A stretch of 64,000 nt of DNA from Acidimicrobiia bacterium (GTDB lineage Bacteria > Actinomycetota > Acidimicrobiia > Spongiisociales > ZC4RG35), in assembly GCA_048595045.1 (NCBI GenBank), contig JBMDXS010000069.1:5392-69391 (forward strand), written 5' to 3'. The notes under the pieces were generated by a model, which was not told the origin of the DNA, did no database searches, and was given only the letters and a program-made list of their open reading frames with translations. Made by a program: the position numbers and the translations under genes. Of this stretch, positions 1 to 8,940 are shown one piece after another (within the stretch, counting starts at the first letter, position 1; each line of letters begins with the position of its first letter).

Positions 1-1002
1 CTCGTCGAGTTCAACGAGCTATCCAATCCCGACCTTATCCACCCCGGCGATGTGCTGCTGATACCCGGCGAAGACGGTTCGCTCGATCAGGTCCACGTCG
101 TGACCCAAGGTGAATCGCTGTACCGCATCGCCGGCGTCTATGGATCCAGCGCCGGGGACATCGCCGCCGCCAACGACCTCACCAACCCGGACCTGATCCG
201 ACCAGGTCAGGAGCTGCTGATCCCCGCCACGCGCAAGAAATCACCGGGGCCCGGCACCGCCCAGGGCGGTGAAGGCGACGGATCCTCGGGGAGGTCGGGC
301 CGCTATCACGTGGTTCAGAGGGGCGAGACCCTCGACGTCATCGCCGGCAAGTACTCGGGTGTCTCCCCCGATCAGATCGCCGCGGCCAACGGCCTCGTCA
401 ACGGGAAGGTCTACACGGGGACCCGTCTCTTCCTCGACGGCCCGGCATTTGTCGGGTCAGGCAGTGGGGGGACGGGCACCTACGTGGTGGCATCGGGTGA
501 TCGCCTCGGTGACATCGCAGCCCGATTCGGCACCAACATCTCCACCATCGCCGACATGAACGGGCTGTCCGATGTGAACTTCATCCGATCGGGGCAGACA
601 CTGAAAGTCCCGGGTGGGTCGGGGTGGGTGTGCCCCATCGAAGACGGCAGCTACTTCAACGACTGGGGCTTCCCTCGCGGTGGCGGGCGCTTCCACGAGG
701 GGAACGACATCTTCTCCCCCAAGGGCTCGCCGGTCCTGGCTCCCGTCTCCGGCACCGTCGAACTGATCCAGGGCACCGTCGGAGGGCTCCAGTTCAACCT
801 GTACGGCAGTGACGGGATCAAGTACCTCGGCTCTCATCTCGACGGCGCGGGCAAGAAGGGGGAGGTCGGCGCCGGCGACGTGATCGGCTACGTGGGCAAC
901 TCGGGTAACGCGGCCGGCACAACCCCTCATCTCCATTTCGGGATGTACCGCGACGGCGTGGCCATCAACCCCAACCCGACGCTGGTGGCCAACGGCTGCT
1001 GA
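1..1002 (+). CDS. LysM-repeat / M23 family metallopeptidase (5' partial, continues upstream of window)
   Basis: The frame is open from nt 1 (LVEFNELSNPDLIHPGDVLLIPGED is a LysM C-terminus). Three further LysM repeats follow (YHVVQRGETL..., YVVASGDRLGDIA...). The C-terminal M23 core is HEGNDIF...GNSGN...HLHFGMYRDG. Confidence 0.8.
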   Translation, partial: LVEFNELSNPDLIHPGDVLLIPGEDGSLDQVHVVTQGESLYRIAGVYGSSAGDIAAANDLTNPDLIRPGQELLIPATRKKSPGPGTAQGGEGDGSSGRSGRYHVVQRGETLDVIAGKYSGVSPDQIAAANGLVNGKVYTGTRLFLDGPAFVGSGSGGTGTYVVASGDRLGDIAARFGTNISTIADMNGLSDVNFIRSGQTLKVPGGSGWVCPIEDGSYFNDWGFPRGGGRFHEGNDIFSPKGSPVLAPVSGTVELIQGTVGGLQFNLYGSDGIKYLGSHLDGAGKKGEVGAGDVIGYVGNSGNAAGTTPHLHFGMYRDGVAINPNPTLVANGC

Positions 1003-1005
1003 CGA

Positions 1006-2655
1006 TCACCGCATCCGATCCCGCAACTGGTCGAGACGGATGGCCCCCGCCTCCAACAACCTGCGGTGGAACCCCTTGGGATCGAAATCGGCCTGTGCCA
1101 TCGCTTCATTCCGGATGTCGAGGATCTCCCTCTCTCCCACCTTGTAGGAGATGGCCTGGCCCGGGATCCCTAGATACCTCAGGACCTCAGATTCGGCGAC
1201 GTCGGGAGCCTGGAGCCCGACCTCGATCATGTAGTCGACTGCGATGTCGTGATCCCATGTCTCGCCCGCATGTAGCGGGGCATCGTCGGGGATCCGCTTC
1301 TCGAGATGGGCGCCGATATCGACCACCACCCTCGTCGAGCGAAACAGCTGGCTGGCCAGGAGCCCGAGCCGGTAGTCGGGGTTCTCGAAATAGCCGAGGT
1401 CGTCCATCAGCCTCTCCGCATAGAGGGCCCAGCCCTCACCCGATCCGGGATACCAGACGAAAAGTCGGTGGAATCTGGAGAGGTCCTCGCGCTGGAGCAC
1501 CGCCATCCCCACCTGGAGATGATGTCCCGGGAAGCCTTCGTGATAGGCGGTGGCCACCTCCTGCCAGTAGGGGATCCGGGGACGCCCTCCGAGCGCGTAC
1601 CAGATCGAGCCGGGCCGGGTCAGGTCCTCCGACGGCCCGTGGTACCAGGCGCCGAGGCTGCCTCCCGGTGGGGCCAGATTGACCGTCACCTCCCGGATCT
1701 CCGCAGGCACGTCGAAGGCGTCGCCGTCCAGCTGATCTACGGCTTCTTCCTGGATCGACCGCACGAACTGGGCGAAAGCCTCGTGATCGGGTGATGATCG
1801 GGCGGGATCGGTGTCAAGCATATGGATAACCGCCTCGATGCCCATTTCAGAGTCGATCTCCTTGGCCGTCGCCCTCATCTCGTCGAGGAGGCGATGCACC
1901 TCGGACCAGCCCCACTCGTAGGCCTCGTCCACGTCGAGATCCATTCCGAGGTAGTACTCGGCATCGGTCAGATACCGGTCCCGCCCGCAGGCGTCGACCG
2001 GGATGGTGCGGGGCAGATAATCAGCCTCCAGCCAGTCGGCGAATCGTGCCGAGGCGGCCCTGGCCACGGCCACTGCCCCGATCACCAAGTCCTCGTTCCC
2101 GCCCGTGGCGGCGGCCCGGGACGCCAAATCGGTGAACCGCGAGCCTTCGGCCACGGCCCGCACCTGGTCCACGAGAGTGACCACCTGCCGCCGCGCCACC
2201 ACGTCGCCCTCGTCCAGCCCCACCTGAAGGCTCGCTCTGTAACCCTCCAAGAGGCCATCCCACGATCCGAGACGGGCGACGATCGCCTCCCATGCCGCCG
2301 CGCCCTCCTTGGGCAGGACGTCGAATGTGTCGCGGGCACTCTGAAACGGGCAATCGATGTGATTCAGGTCACGCTTCCAGTGCCCCATCTCGTAGCGGCG
2401 TAGCACCGACGAGAGGTGGGAGCTGACCACTCTGGCAGCGGACGCCTGCACCGGATCGGGGTCGTCCCGATGCGGCTCGAGCTCGGCGATCCCAGCTGCG
2501 TAGAACTCGGCCTTTGCCGCCTCGCCATCCGGGGAGAGGTCATCCCACATGTGGTCGCGACCCGGCACCCCGGCGAAGGTCGCCGCAATCGGTGAAAGGT
2601 CGGCGTACGCCTCGGTGAGTTGGGAGCAGATCTGAAAAGCGGTCTTCATCGGCAT
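1006..2655 (-). CDS. DUF885 family protein (M32-like putative metallo-enzyme fold)
   Basis: 549-aa ORF with the HEGFPGHHLQ motif characteristic of DUF885. Composition is protein-like. Confidence 0.75.
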   Translation of the reverse strand: MPMKTAFQICSQLTEAYADLSPIAATFAGVPGRDHMWDDLSPDGEAAKAEFYAAGIAELEPHRDDPDPVQASAARVVSSHLSSVLRRYEMGHWKRDLNHIDCPFQSARDTFDVLPKEGAAAWEAIVARLGSWDGLLEGYRASLQVGLDEGDVVARRQVVTLVDQVRAVAEGSRFTDLASRAAATGGNEDLVIGAVAVARAASARFADWLEADYLPRTIPVDACGRDRYLTDAEYYLGMDLDVDEAYEWGWSEVHRLLDEMRATAKEIDSEMGIEAVIHMLDTDPARSSPDHEAFAQFVRSIQEEAVDQLDGDAFDVPAEIREVTVNLAPPGGSLGAWYHGPSEDLTRPGSIWYALGGRPRIPYWQEVATAYHEGFPGHHLQVGMAVLQREDLSRFHRLFVWYPGSGEGWALYAERLMDDLGYFENPDYRLGLLASQLFRSTRVVVDIGAHLEKRIPDDAPLHAGETWDHDIAVDYMIEVGLQAPDVAESEVLRYLGIPGQAISYKVGEREILDIRNEAMAQADFDPKGFHRRLLEAGAIRLDQLRDRMR

Positions 2656-2695
2656 CGGTGCGGAGTGAGGCTAGACATGCGCCGATACCCTTCCG

Positions 2696-3745
2696 ATGGT
2701 GGAAGACCTGATCGAGGTCCGCAGTGACGAGCGATTCGACCTCCAGAGCCTGACCCGCTGGTTCGCCACCAAACCCGATCTCCCCCAGGGTTCGCCCACG
2801 GTGAGGCAATTCGCCGGGGGCAAGGCCAACCTCACGTATCTCCTCGAGTTCCCCGGCGGTGAGTCGCTGGTTCTGAGACGGCCGCCGTTGGGCCCGGTGG
2901 CCGCAAGCGCTCACGACATGACCCGAGAGCACATGGTGCTGTCCAGGTTGTGGCAGACCTTCGACAAGGCACCTCGTGCCCTGGCCCTATGTGAGGACCC
3001 CGGAGTCATTGGAGCCCAGTTCTTCGTGATGGAGCGCAAGCCCGGTGTGGTCATTCGGGACCGGGTGCCGGAGCGATTCGGTGGCGGCGAGGACCCGGAG
3101 GCGAACCGCAAACTGTCCGAAGTCGTGATCGACACCCTGGTCGAGCTTCATGCAGTAGATGCCATCGAGTCGGGTCTGGAGGCCCTCGGGCGCCCTGATG
3201 GCTTCCTCCAGCGACAGGTGGATGGTTGGTGGGGGAGATGGGAGCGGTCTCGACACGAGCACAACGCCGTGGCAGACGAGGTCGGCGGCTGGCTTCGCTC
3301 CAACCTGCCCGTCTCAGGCGCGCCCACCCTCCTCCACAACGATTGGCGGCTGGACAACATGGCGGTCTCTACCGAGGATCCCGGGCTTTGTGTCGCCGTC
3401 TACGACTGGGACATGGCGACTCGTGGCGACCCTCTCGCCGATGTCGGGACCCTCATGGCATCGTGGTACGAGGAAGACGAAGAGAGGTCCGCGCTGGCCC
3501 CGATGCCCACCACAGCACCGGGGTGGATGGGTCGAAGGGAGACCCTCGATCGTTACGGCGACCTGTCCGGCCGTGACCTCACCGACATTGACTGGTACGT
3601 GGTCTTCGGCACCTGGAAGCTGGGAGTGGTCCTCCAGCAGATCTATATCCGGTGGTTGCGGGGCCAAACCGAAGACACCCGTTTCGAGCCACTCGGTGAG
3701 GGAGCCCGCGCCCTGTTCCGACTGGCCGCCGTCCGACGACCCTGA
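2696..3745 (+). CDS. Phosphotransferase (APH/ChoK-like kinase) family protein
   Basis: LLHNDWRLDNM (Brenner motif HxDxxxxN) and DWDMATRGDPLADVG (DxD). Similar to kinases associated with acyl-CoA dehydrogenases. Confidence 0.75.
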   Translation: MVEDLIEVRSDERFDLQSLTRWFATKPDLPQGSPTVRQFAGGKANLTYLLEFPGGESLVLRRPPLGPVAASAHDMTREHMVLSRLWQTFDKAPRALALCEDPGVIGAQFFVMERKPGVVIRDRVPERFGGGEDPEANRKLSEVVIDTLVELHAVDAIESGLEALGRPDGFLQRQVDGWWGRWERSRHEHNAVADEVGGWLRSNLPVSGAPTLLHNDWRLDNMAVSTEDPGLCVAVYDWDMATRGDPLADVGTLMASWYEEDEERSALAPMPTTAPGWMGRRETLDRYGDLSGRDLTDIDWYVVFGTWKLGVVLQQIYIRWLRGQTEDTRFEPLGEGARALFRLAAVRRP

Positions 3746-3786
3746 TCGTTGCCCCCTCGCCCGCCGGCCTCTGTCGTCAACGCAGG

Positions 3787-3815
3787 TTGACAGGAACGAC
3801 TTGTCAACCTAAGGT
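3787..3815 (+). promoter_or_regulatory. Candidate sigma-70-type promoter for a leaderless transcript. A palindrome GTCAAC-N4-GTTGAC (3776-3791) overlaps its -35 element.
   Basis: TTGACA (3787-3792), a 17-nt spacer, then TAAGGT (3810-3815). The ATG of the downstream ORF is at 3819, only 3 nt after the -10 element. Confidence 0.4.
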
Positions 3816-3818
3816 GAC

Positions 3819-4022
3819 ATGATGACCATGGGACTGTATGCCGGAGCCGACACCGACGACCCGGCCCGGGGGCTGCAGGCGGTGGTGTTGCTGAGGCGGC
3901 TGGCCGACAGACTGGAAGAGACCCACGTCCGCTCGGCGAGGATCGAGGGTTGGACCTGGCAGCAGATCGGGGATGCGCTGGGCGTTTCTCGTCAGGCAGT
4001 TCACAAGAAATACCGGAGATAA
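3819..4022 (+). CDS. Small helix-turn-helix protein (sigma-70 region-4-like HTH)
   Basis: 67-aa ORF. The C-terminus TWQQIGDALGVSRQAVHKKYRR is a typical HTH. Its stop lies 2 nt before the next ATG, so the two genes are tightly coupled. Confidence 0.5.
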   Translation: MMTMGLYAGADTDDPARGLQAVVLLRRLADRLEETHVRSARIEGWTWQQIGDALGVSRQAVHKKYRR

Positions 4023-4024
4023 CG

Positions 4025-4504
4025 ATGTTCGAACGCTTGACCAGCGAGGCGCGAGCGATCGTCACCTCCGCAGTCGAGGAAGCCGTGCTGAGAGGAGATT
4101 CACGCGTGGGCACCGAGCACCTCCTCGTCGCAGCGGCCGGAGCCGGGTCGTTGGGCGGGACACTCCCCACCACGGATGCACTGCGTGACCAGCTCGACCG
4201 ACTCGATGAGGAGGCCCTGCGCTCTGTTGGCCTCGACCCCATCCTCCTCGGTGAGGGTGACAGATCCCGGCCAGGGCAGCCCAGCAAGCATCTCCCGTTC
4301 ACCGGAGCGGCCAAGGAAACCCTCAAAGTGGCTCTCAAGGAGGCCATTGCGCTCGGCCACCGTCATATCGGGGCGGAGCACATCGCCCTGGCCCTGACGA
4401 CGCGAGAGCCGCCGGATCGTGCTCTCGCCGCCCTGGAGGGTCTCGATCTCTCTCTCCACGAGCTCCGCTCTTCTCTTCTCCGGAGGATCGAGAAGGCCTC
4501 CTGA
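4025..4504 (+). CDS. Clp N-terminal (Clp_N) double-repeat domain protein
   Basis: Starts MFERLTSEARAIVTSAVEEAVLRGDSRVGTEHLLVA (Clp_N repeat 1). A second repeat follows: KHLPFTGAAKETLKVALKEAIALGHRHIGAEHIALAL. The ATG at 4025 is chosen because it follows the upstream stop; the listed ORF start at 3950 is an upstream extension. Confidence 0.65.
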   Translation: MFERLTSEARAIVTSAVEEAVLRGDSRVGTEHLLVAAAGAGSLGGTLPTTDALRDQLDRLDEEALRSVGLDPILLGEGDRSRPGQPSKHLPFTGAAKETLKVALKEAIALGHRHIGAEHIALALTTREPPDRALAALEGLDLSLHELRSSLLRRIEKAS

Positions 4505-4560
4505 TCATCGTTGCGGACCGAGCCCATAACGATGCAGGCAACAGTTCGACCGTTGTTAAT

Positions 4561-7500
4561 TTGGGGGTTGCGATGACACAACGGGCCCTCCCGGTTGGGA
4601 CGGTCAGCTTTCTCTTCTCCGACATCGAGGGCTCGACGAGGATGCTCCAAGAGCTCGGCGATGCCTATCGGCCTGTCCTGGAACGCCATAACGCGATCCT
4701 CCACGAGGCGGCTGCGACCCATCGCGGCCACATAGTCAAGAACGAGGGCGATGGGTTCTTCATCGCCTACCAGTCGGCGCTCGACGCCGTCTCCAGCGCC
4801 GTTGAGATCCAGCGCCGGCTGGCGGAAGAGGATTGGCCCACACCCCAAGGTGTCAGGGTCAGGATCGGTGTCCACAGCGGGGAAGGACGTCTCGGCGGCT
4901 CGGACTACGTCGGGATCGACGTTCACCGTGCCGCCCGAATCGGGGACGCAGGGCATGGCGGGCAGACCCTCGTCTCAGAGGCGACGGCGCGCCTGGTCGA
5001 ATACGGCCTCCCCGAGGGGACTCGACTCGAGGATCTGGGCACCCATCGTCTCCGCGATCTCACCCACGAGGAGCACATCTTCCAGCTCAACGTGCCGGAG
5101 CAACCGGCGGACTTCCCACCTCTGCGCACCCTCACCTCGAGCAAGGGCAACCTCCCGATCCGCGACCTGACTCTCGTCGGCCGGCAGGATGAGAAAGAGG
5201 CGGTCATCGAGGCCGTGGCGGGGTCACGCCTGGTGACACTCACCGGCCCCGGAGGCGTGGGCAAGACGACTCTCGCCCTCAAGGTCGCCGAGGAGCTCTC
5301 CGCAAGCTTCGAGGATGGCGTGTGGTTCGTCGAGGTATCGAGGGTCCCCGACGACAACCTCCTCGCTTCTGCCGTCGCCCGGCAGCTTCACATCACCGAG
5401 AGCCCACTTCGATCGATAACCGAGACCCTGATCTCCCGGCTGGCGAAGGCTCGTTCACTCCTGATCCTCGACGGCTGTGAGCACCTAATCGACGCCGTGG
5501 CCAAGCTCACGGACCAGCTGTTGCAGGGGACCGAGGAGCTCAAGATCCTGGCGACTACCCGGGAGTGGCTGTCGATACGAGAGGAACATCTCGTTCAGCT
5601 CTCCCCGCTCGAAGTGCCGGGGCCAGGCGTCAGATCGGTGGAGGGCGTCGCCCAGTATCCCTCTGTCGGGCTGTTCGTGAGCAGGGCTCGCCTGGTGAGC
5701 CCCAACTTCACCCTCAGTCCGGCCAACGCCGAGCACGTGGCCGAGGTCTGCCGGCGCCTCGATGGGATACCCCTGGCAATCGAGCTGGCCGCCGCCCGTC
5801 TCAAGGTCTTGTCGGTGGGCCAGCTCGTGGAACGACTCGACCAGCAGTTCGCCCTGTTGGCCGGGACCGCCCGCGACCTGCCACCACATCAGCAGACGCT
5901 CGAGACGACCCTCGACTGGAGTTTCGATTTCCTGGCAGGTGCGGAGAAGACACTGTTCACCCGTCTCTCGGTGTTCAACGGCGGGTTCACCCTGGAAGCG
6001 GCCGAGAGTGTCTGCTCGGGCGGCCTGGTGGACAAGGAGCACGTGATGAATCTGCTCGGGCGTCTGGTCGAGACCTCACTGGTCATGGCCTCCGACGCCG
6101 ACCCCATCCGCTATCGGCTTCTCGAGCCGATCAGCCACTATGCCCGGATGCGCCTCGACGAAGGGACCGAGTTGGCCGCGCTCCGTGACAGGCACGCCGA
6201 GTTCTATCTGGCGATGGCTGAGGACGGGGATGCACGTATCCACGACCTGGAGCAGAACGTGTGGGCAGACCGTCTCGAGCTCGACCGTTACAACCTGGGG
6301 GCCGCCCTGGAGTGGTTGCATGGCTCGGGCCGTGCCGAAGACGCGATGGCGATGGCCGGGGCACTGCGCTGGTTCTGGGTGATCAAGCGCGAGGTGAGCG
6401 ATGGCACCGAATGGCTGGAACGCACGCTGGCCCACCGTGAGGGGGTCGATCCCAAGATCCTCGCCCGGGCCCTCAACGGCGCCGGCCTCCTTGCCAGCCG
6501 CCGTCTCGCCTTCGACGAAGCGTATTCCCATCTCATCGAGGCGATCGAGATCTACCGCGACCTCGGTGACCGGGCGGGCGAGGCAAGACAGACCTACCAG
6601 CTCATGGCCACCGCCTGGCTGCGTGACGACATCGAGGAGGCAGCACGGCTGGCTCCCGTCGCCGAGAGCCTGACCCGGGAAGTCGGGGACGACTGGATGC
6701 TGGCCTGGACCCTCGGAGTCTGGGGCACGATGGCGCGTCTGCAGGGTGACCTGGCGCTCGCCCGTGAGAAGATGACGGAGAGCCATCGGCTGTTCCTCGA
6801 CCACTCCGGCGTCCTCGACGTCGGATGGTCGGCGTTGCGACTCGGAGCCTTGGCCCGGGATGAGGGTGACTACAACGAGGCCTCCAACCGTTACCGGGAG
6901 GGCCGTGACCTCCTTGTCATCGCCGGCGACTCACTGGGCCTGGCCCACGCCGATGCCGGGCTCGGGGCGATGGCCTGGCTGGCCGGCGATCGTGACTATG
7001 CCCTCGAGCTGTTCAAGACTGTTCTGGAGGGGTTCAGCCTCTATGAGGAGGCCTCGAACAACCTCTTCGAGATGAAGACGATGATCCAGTCGAACCCGAC
7101 CACCGCGGAGTTGCAGCGGGTGGTGGAAGAGAACCGGTACCGGGCGGCCTCACCGGATGAAAAGGCTGGTGCGTCGGCGGCCCTGGGCGAATACCTCTAC
7201 CACATGGGGAAGACAGCCTTCCGGCAGCAACAGTTGAGCCGGGCCCGGGCTGCGCTCCTCGAGAGCCTGATCCTCTGCAATATGGCGCAAGACATGCGTG
7301 GGGTGGCGATCGCAGTCGCCGGACTGGCCGTTTGCGCCCACGTGGGCGGAGAGGACACGATCGCCGCTCGCCTATTCGGGCTGGCCGACTGGGTCGCCAG
7401 CGAGAACCGCGCTGCGGTATGGCCGCCGCCGGAGGAGCACGACTACGCGGCTCAGGTCGCATCGACCCAGGCGGCGTTGGGGAGCCTCGACTTCGCCCGT

Positions 7501-7578
7501 GCCACGGTCCAGGGTGAGGGGCTCTCGATCGAAGACGCCATCGAGGTGCTGAGCGCCGACTCCTCGACGACTCAGTAG
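4561..7578 (+). CDS. Class III adenylate/guanylate cyclase fused to a STAND (NB-ARC-like) ATPase and TPR repeats. There is no C-terminal LuxR HTH.
   Basis: The N-terminus VSFLFSDIEGSTRM...GDGFFIAY...GVHSGE is a CHD cyclase domain. The Walker A is GPGGVGKTTLAL. The C-terminal half is long and helical, consistent with TPR. Total length is 1005 aa. Confidence 0.8.
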   Translation: MGVAMTQRALPVGTVSFLFSDIEGSTRMLQELGDAYRPVLERHNAILHEAAATHRGHIVKNEGDGFFIAYQSALDAVSSAVEIQRRLAEEDWPTPQGVRVRIGVHSGEGRLGGSDYVGIDVHRAARIGDAGHGGQTLVSEATARLVEYGLPEGTRLEDLGTHRLRDLTHEEHIFQLNVPEQPADFPPLRTLTSSKGNLPIRDLTLVGRQDEKEAVIEAVAGSRLVTLTGPGGVGKTTLALKVAEELSASFEDGVWFVEVSRVPDDNLLASAVARQLHITESPLRSITETLISRLAKARSLLILDGCEHLIDAVAKLTDQLLQGTEELKILATTREWLSIREEHLVQLSPLEVPGPGVRSVEGVAQYPSVGLFVSRARLVSPNFTLSPANAEHVAEVCRRLDGIPLAIELAAARLKVLSVGQLVERLDQQFALLAGTARDLPPHQQTLETTLDWSFDFLAGAEKTLFTRLSVFNGGFTLEAAESVCSGGLVDKEHVMNLLGRLVETSLVMASDADPIRYRLLEPISHYARMRLDEGTELAALRDRHAEFYLAMAEDGDARIHDLEQNVWADRLELDRYNLGAALEWLHGSGRAEDAMAMAGALRWFWVIKREVSDGTEWLERTLAHREGVDPKILARALNGAGLLASRRLAFDEAYSHLIEAIEIYRDLGDRAGEARQTYQLMATAWLRDDIEEAARLAPVAESLTREVGDDWMLAWTLGVWGTMARLQGDLALAREKMTESHRLFLDHSGVLDVGWSALRLGALARDEGDYNEASNRYREGRDLLVIAGDSLGLAHADAGLGAMAWLAGDRDYALELFKTVLEGFSLYEEASNNLFEMKTMIQSNPTTAELQRVVEENRYRAASPDEKAGASAALGEYLYHMGKTAFRQQQLSRARAALLESLILCNMAQDMRGVAIAVAGLAVCAHVGGEDTIAARLFGLADWVASENRAAVWPPPEEHDYAAQVASTQAALGSLDFARATVQGEGLSIEDAIEVLSADSSTTQ

Positions 7579-8141
7579 TCGATACCCCGCTTGGCGCTGA
7601 CTCCTGCGTCGAAGACGTGCTTGATCTTCTTCATCTCGGTCACCGTGTCGGCTGCGTCGACGAGCGCGGCCGGGGCATCGCGGCCGGTGAGAATGAGGTT
7701 GAGCCGGGGCGGGCGCTCGTCGATGGCCTCCAACACCTCCTCCAGGTCGATCCACCCCCAATTGATCGGATAGGTGATCTCGTCGAGGATCAGCAAGTCA
7801 TATCGGTCGGACTCGATCCTGGCTCGGGCGCCGGACCATGCCTCGCGGGCGATCGCCTCCGATTCGCCGATGTCATCCGAGTCCCATGTGAAGCCATCTC
7901 CGAGCGCCCACCAATCCATCCCGAGCTCTCTCCCGACGCGCTCTTCCCCTACCTTCCATTCACCCGACTTGAGGAACTGGACCACACCTACCTTCCATCC
8001 CCGGGCCACGGCCCGCAGGGCGGTGCCGAAGGCGGCGGTCGACTTCCCCTTCCCGTCACCGGTGTTGACCAGCACCTGGGAGGGCAGCCGTTTCCTGGCG
8101 AGAGGGGGAGGCTCGGTGGGGGGTGTGGTGGGATCGGTCAT
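7572..8141 (-). CDS. cobO: Cob(I)yrinic acid a,c-diamide / cob(I)alamin adenosyltransferase
   Basis: VLVNTGDGKGKSTAAFGTALRAVARGWKVGVVQFLKSGEWKVGE is the CobO/BtuR P-loop signature. The protein is 189 aa and is the last gene of the B12 uptake operon. Confidence 0.85.
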   Translation of the reverse strand: MTDPTTPPTEPPPLARKRLPSQVLVNTGDGKGKSTAAFGTALRAVARGWKVGVVQFLKSGEWKVGEERVGRELGMDWWALGDGFTWDSDDIGESEAIAREAWSGARARIESDRYDLLILDEITYPINWGWIDLEEVLEAIDERPPRLNLILTGRDAPAALVDAADTVTEMKKIKHVFDAGVSAKRGIDY

Positions 8142-8184
8142 GGTCGGGTCGCGGTTGCCTCCAGGAGTGTGTCTAGTGGCTTCC

Positions 8185-8940
8185 TCATTGTGGCCTCCTC
8201 ATTGGGGTCACGGTGAGGCCATCCTCCCTGCTCTCCGTGACCCGCACCCGCGCCTCGTAATGATCCATGATGCGCTCTTCGGTCAGCACCTCGCGGGCCG
8301 AACCGTCGGCCACCACCACGCCGCGGTTCATCATCACCAGTCGGTCCGTGTATTGGCCGGCCAAGGTGAGATCGTGGATGGCGCTCAACACCGTGAGCCC
8401 GTCCTCCCGCCGCAGCTGGTCGATCAACTCCATGACCTGTTGCTGGTGGCCGACGTCCAGAGCCGAGGTCGGCTCGTCGAGGAGGAGGACGGGTGCCTCT
8501 TGGGCCAGGGCCCGTGCCAGCACAGCCCGCTGAGCCTCGCCTCCTGAAAGCGTCGACAGTGGCCGGTCGGCGAGTTCGGCCAACTCGAGGCGCTCTATGG
8601 CGCTCCGGACCGAATCCAGGTCATGGCCACTCTCCGAGCCGAGATAGCCGAGATGGGGTGTCCTGCCCAAGAGGACGTAATTGGCCACGTTCATCTCGTC
8701 GGGGAGGAGGGGACGTTGCGGCATCCAGGCGATGTCCTTGCCCGCCTCCCCGGTTCGGTCACCGAGATCCACCCTTCCCTCAAAGGGCACGATCCCTACC
8801 GCCGTCTTGAGCAGGGTCGATTTCCCGGCACCATTCGGACCGATCAAGCCGACCCATTCCCCATCGGCCACGGTGAGGGTCACGGGCCCTACGACGGTCA
8901 CATCGCCGAACGCCACCACGACCCCACGCCACGTGATCAC
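8185..8940 (-). CDS. ABC transporter ATP-binding protein (iron-siderophore/cobalamin type, FecE/BtuD-like)
   Basis: GPNGAGKSTLL (Walker A), LSGGEAQR (ABC signature) and LLLDEPTSALD (Walker B). The start is set at the GTG at 8940, which overlaps the permease stop as GTGA. The upstream Arg-rich 130 aa of the listed ORF is spurious. Confidence 0.8.
   Translation of the reverse strand: MITWRGVVVAFGDVTVVGPVTLTVADGEWVGLIGPNGAGKSTLLKTAVGIVPFEGRVDLGDRTGEAGKDIAWMPQRPLLPDEMNVANYVLLGRTPHLGYLGSESGHDLDSVRSAIERLELAELADRPLSTLSGGEAQRAVLARALAQEAPVLLLDEPTSALDVGHQQQVMELIDQLRREDGLTVLSAIHDLTLAGQYTDRLVMMNRGVVVADGSAREVLTEERIMDHYEARVRVTESREDGLTVTPMRRPQ

Noticed and set aside
6076-6804. 242-aa minus-strand ORF inside the cyclase-STAND-TPR gene.
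   Set aside because: Antisense to a well-supported 1005-aa gene. It has no start context or motifs.
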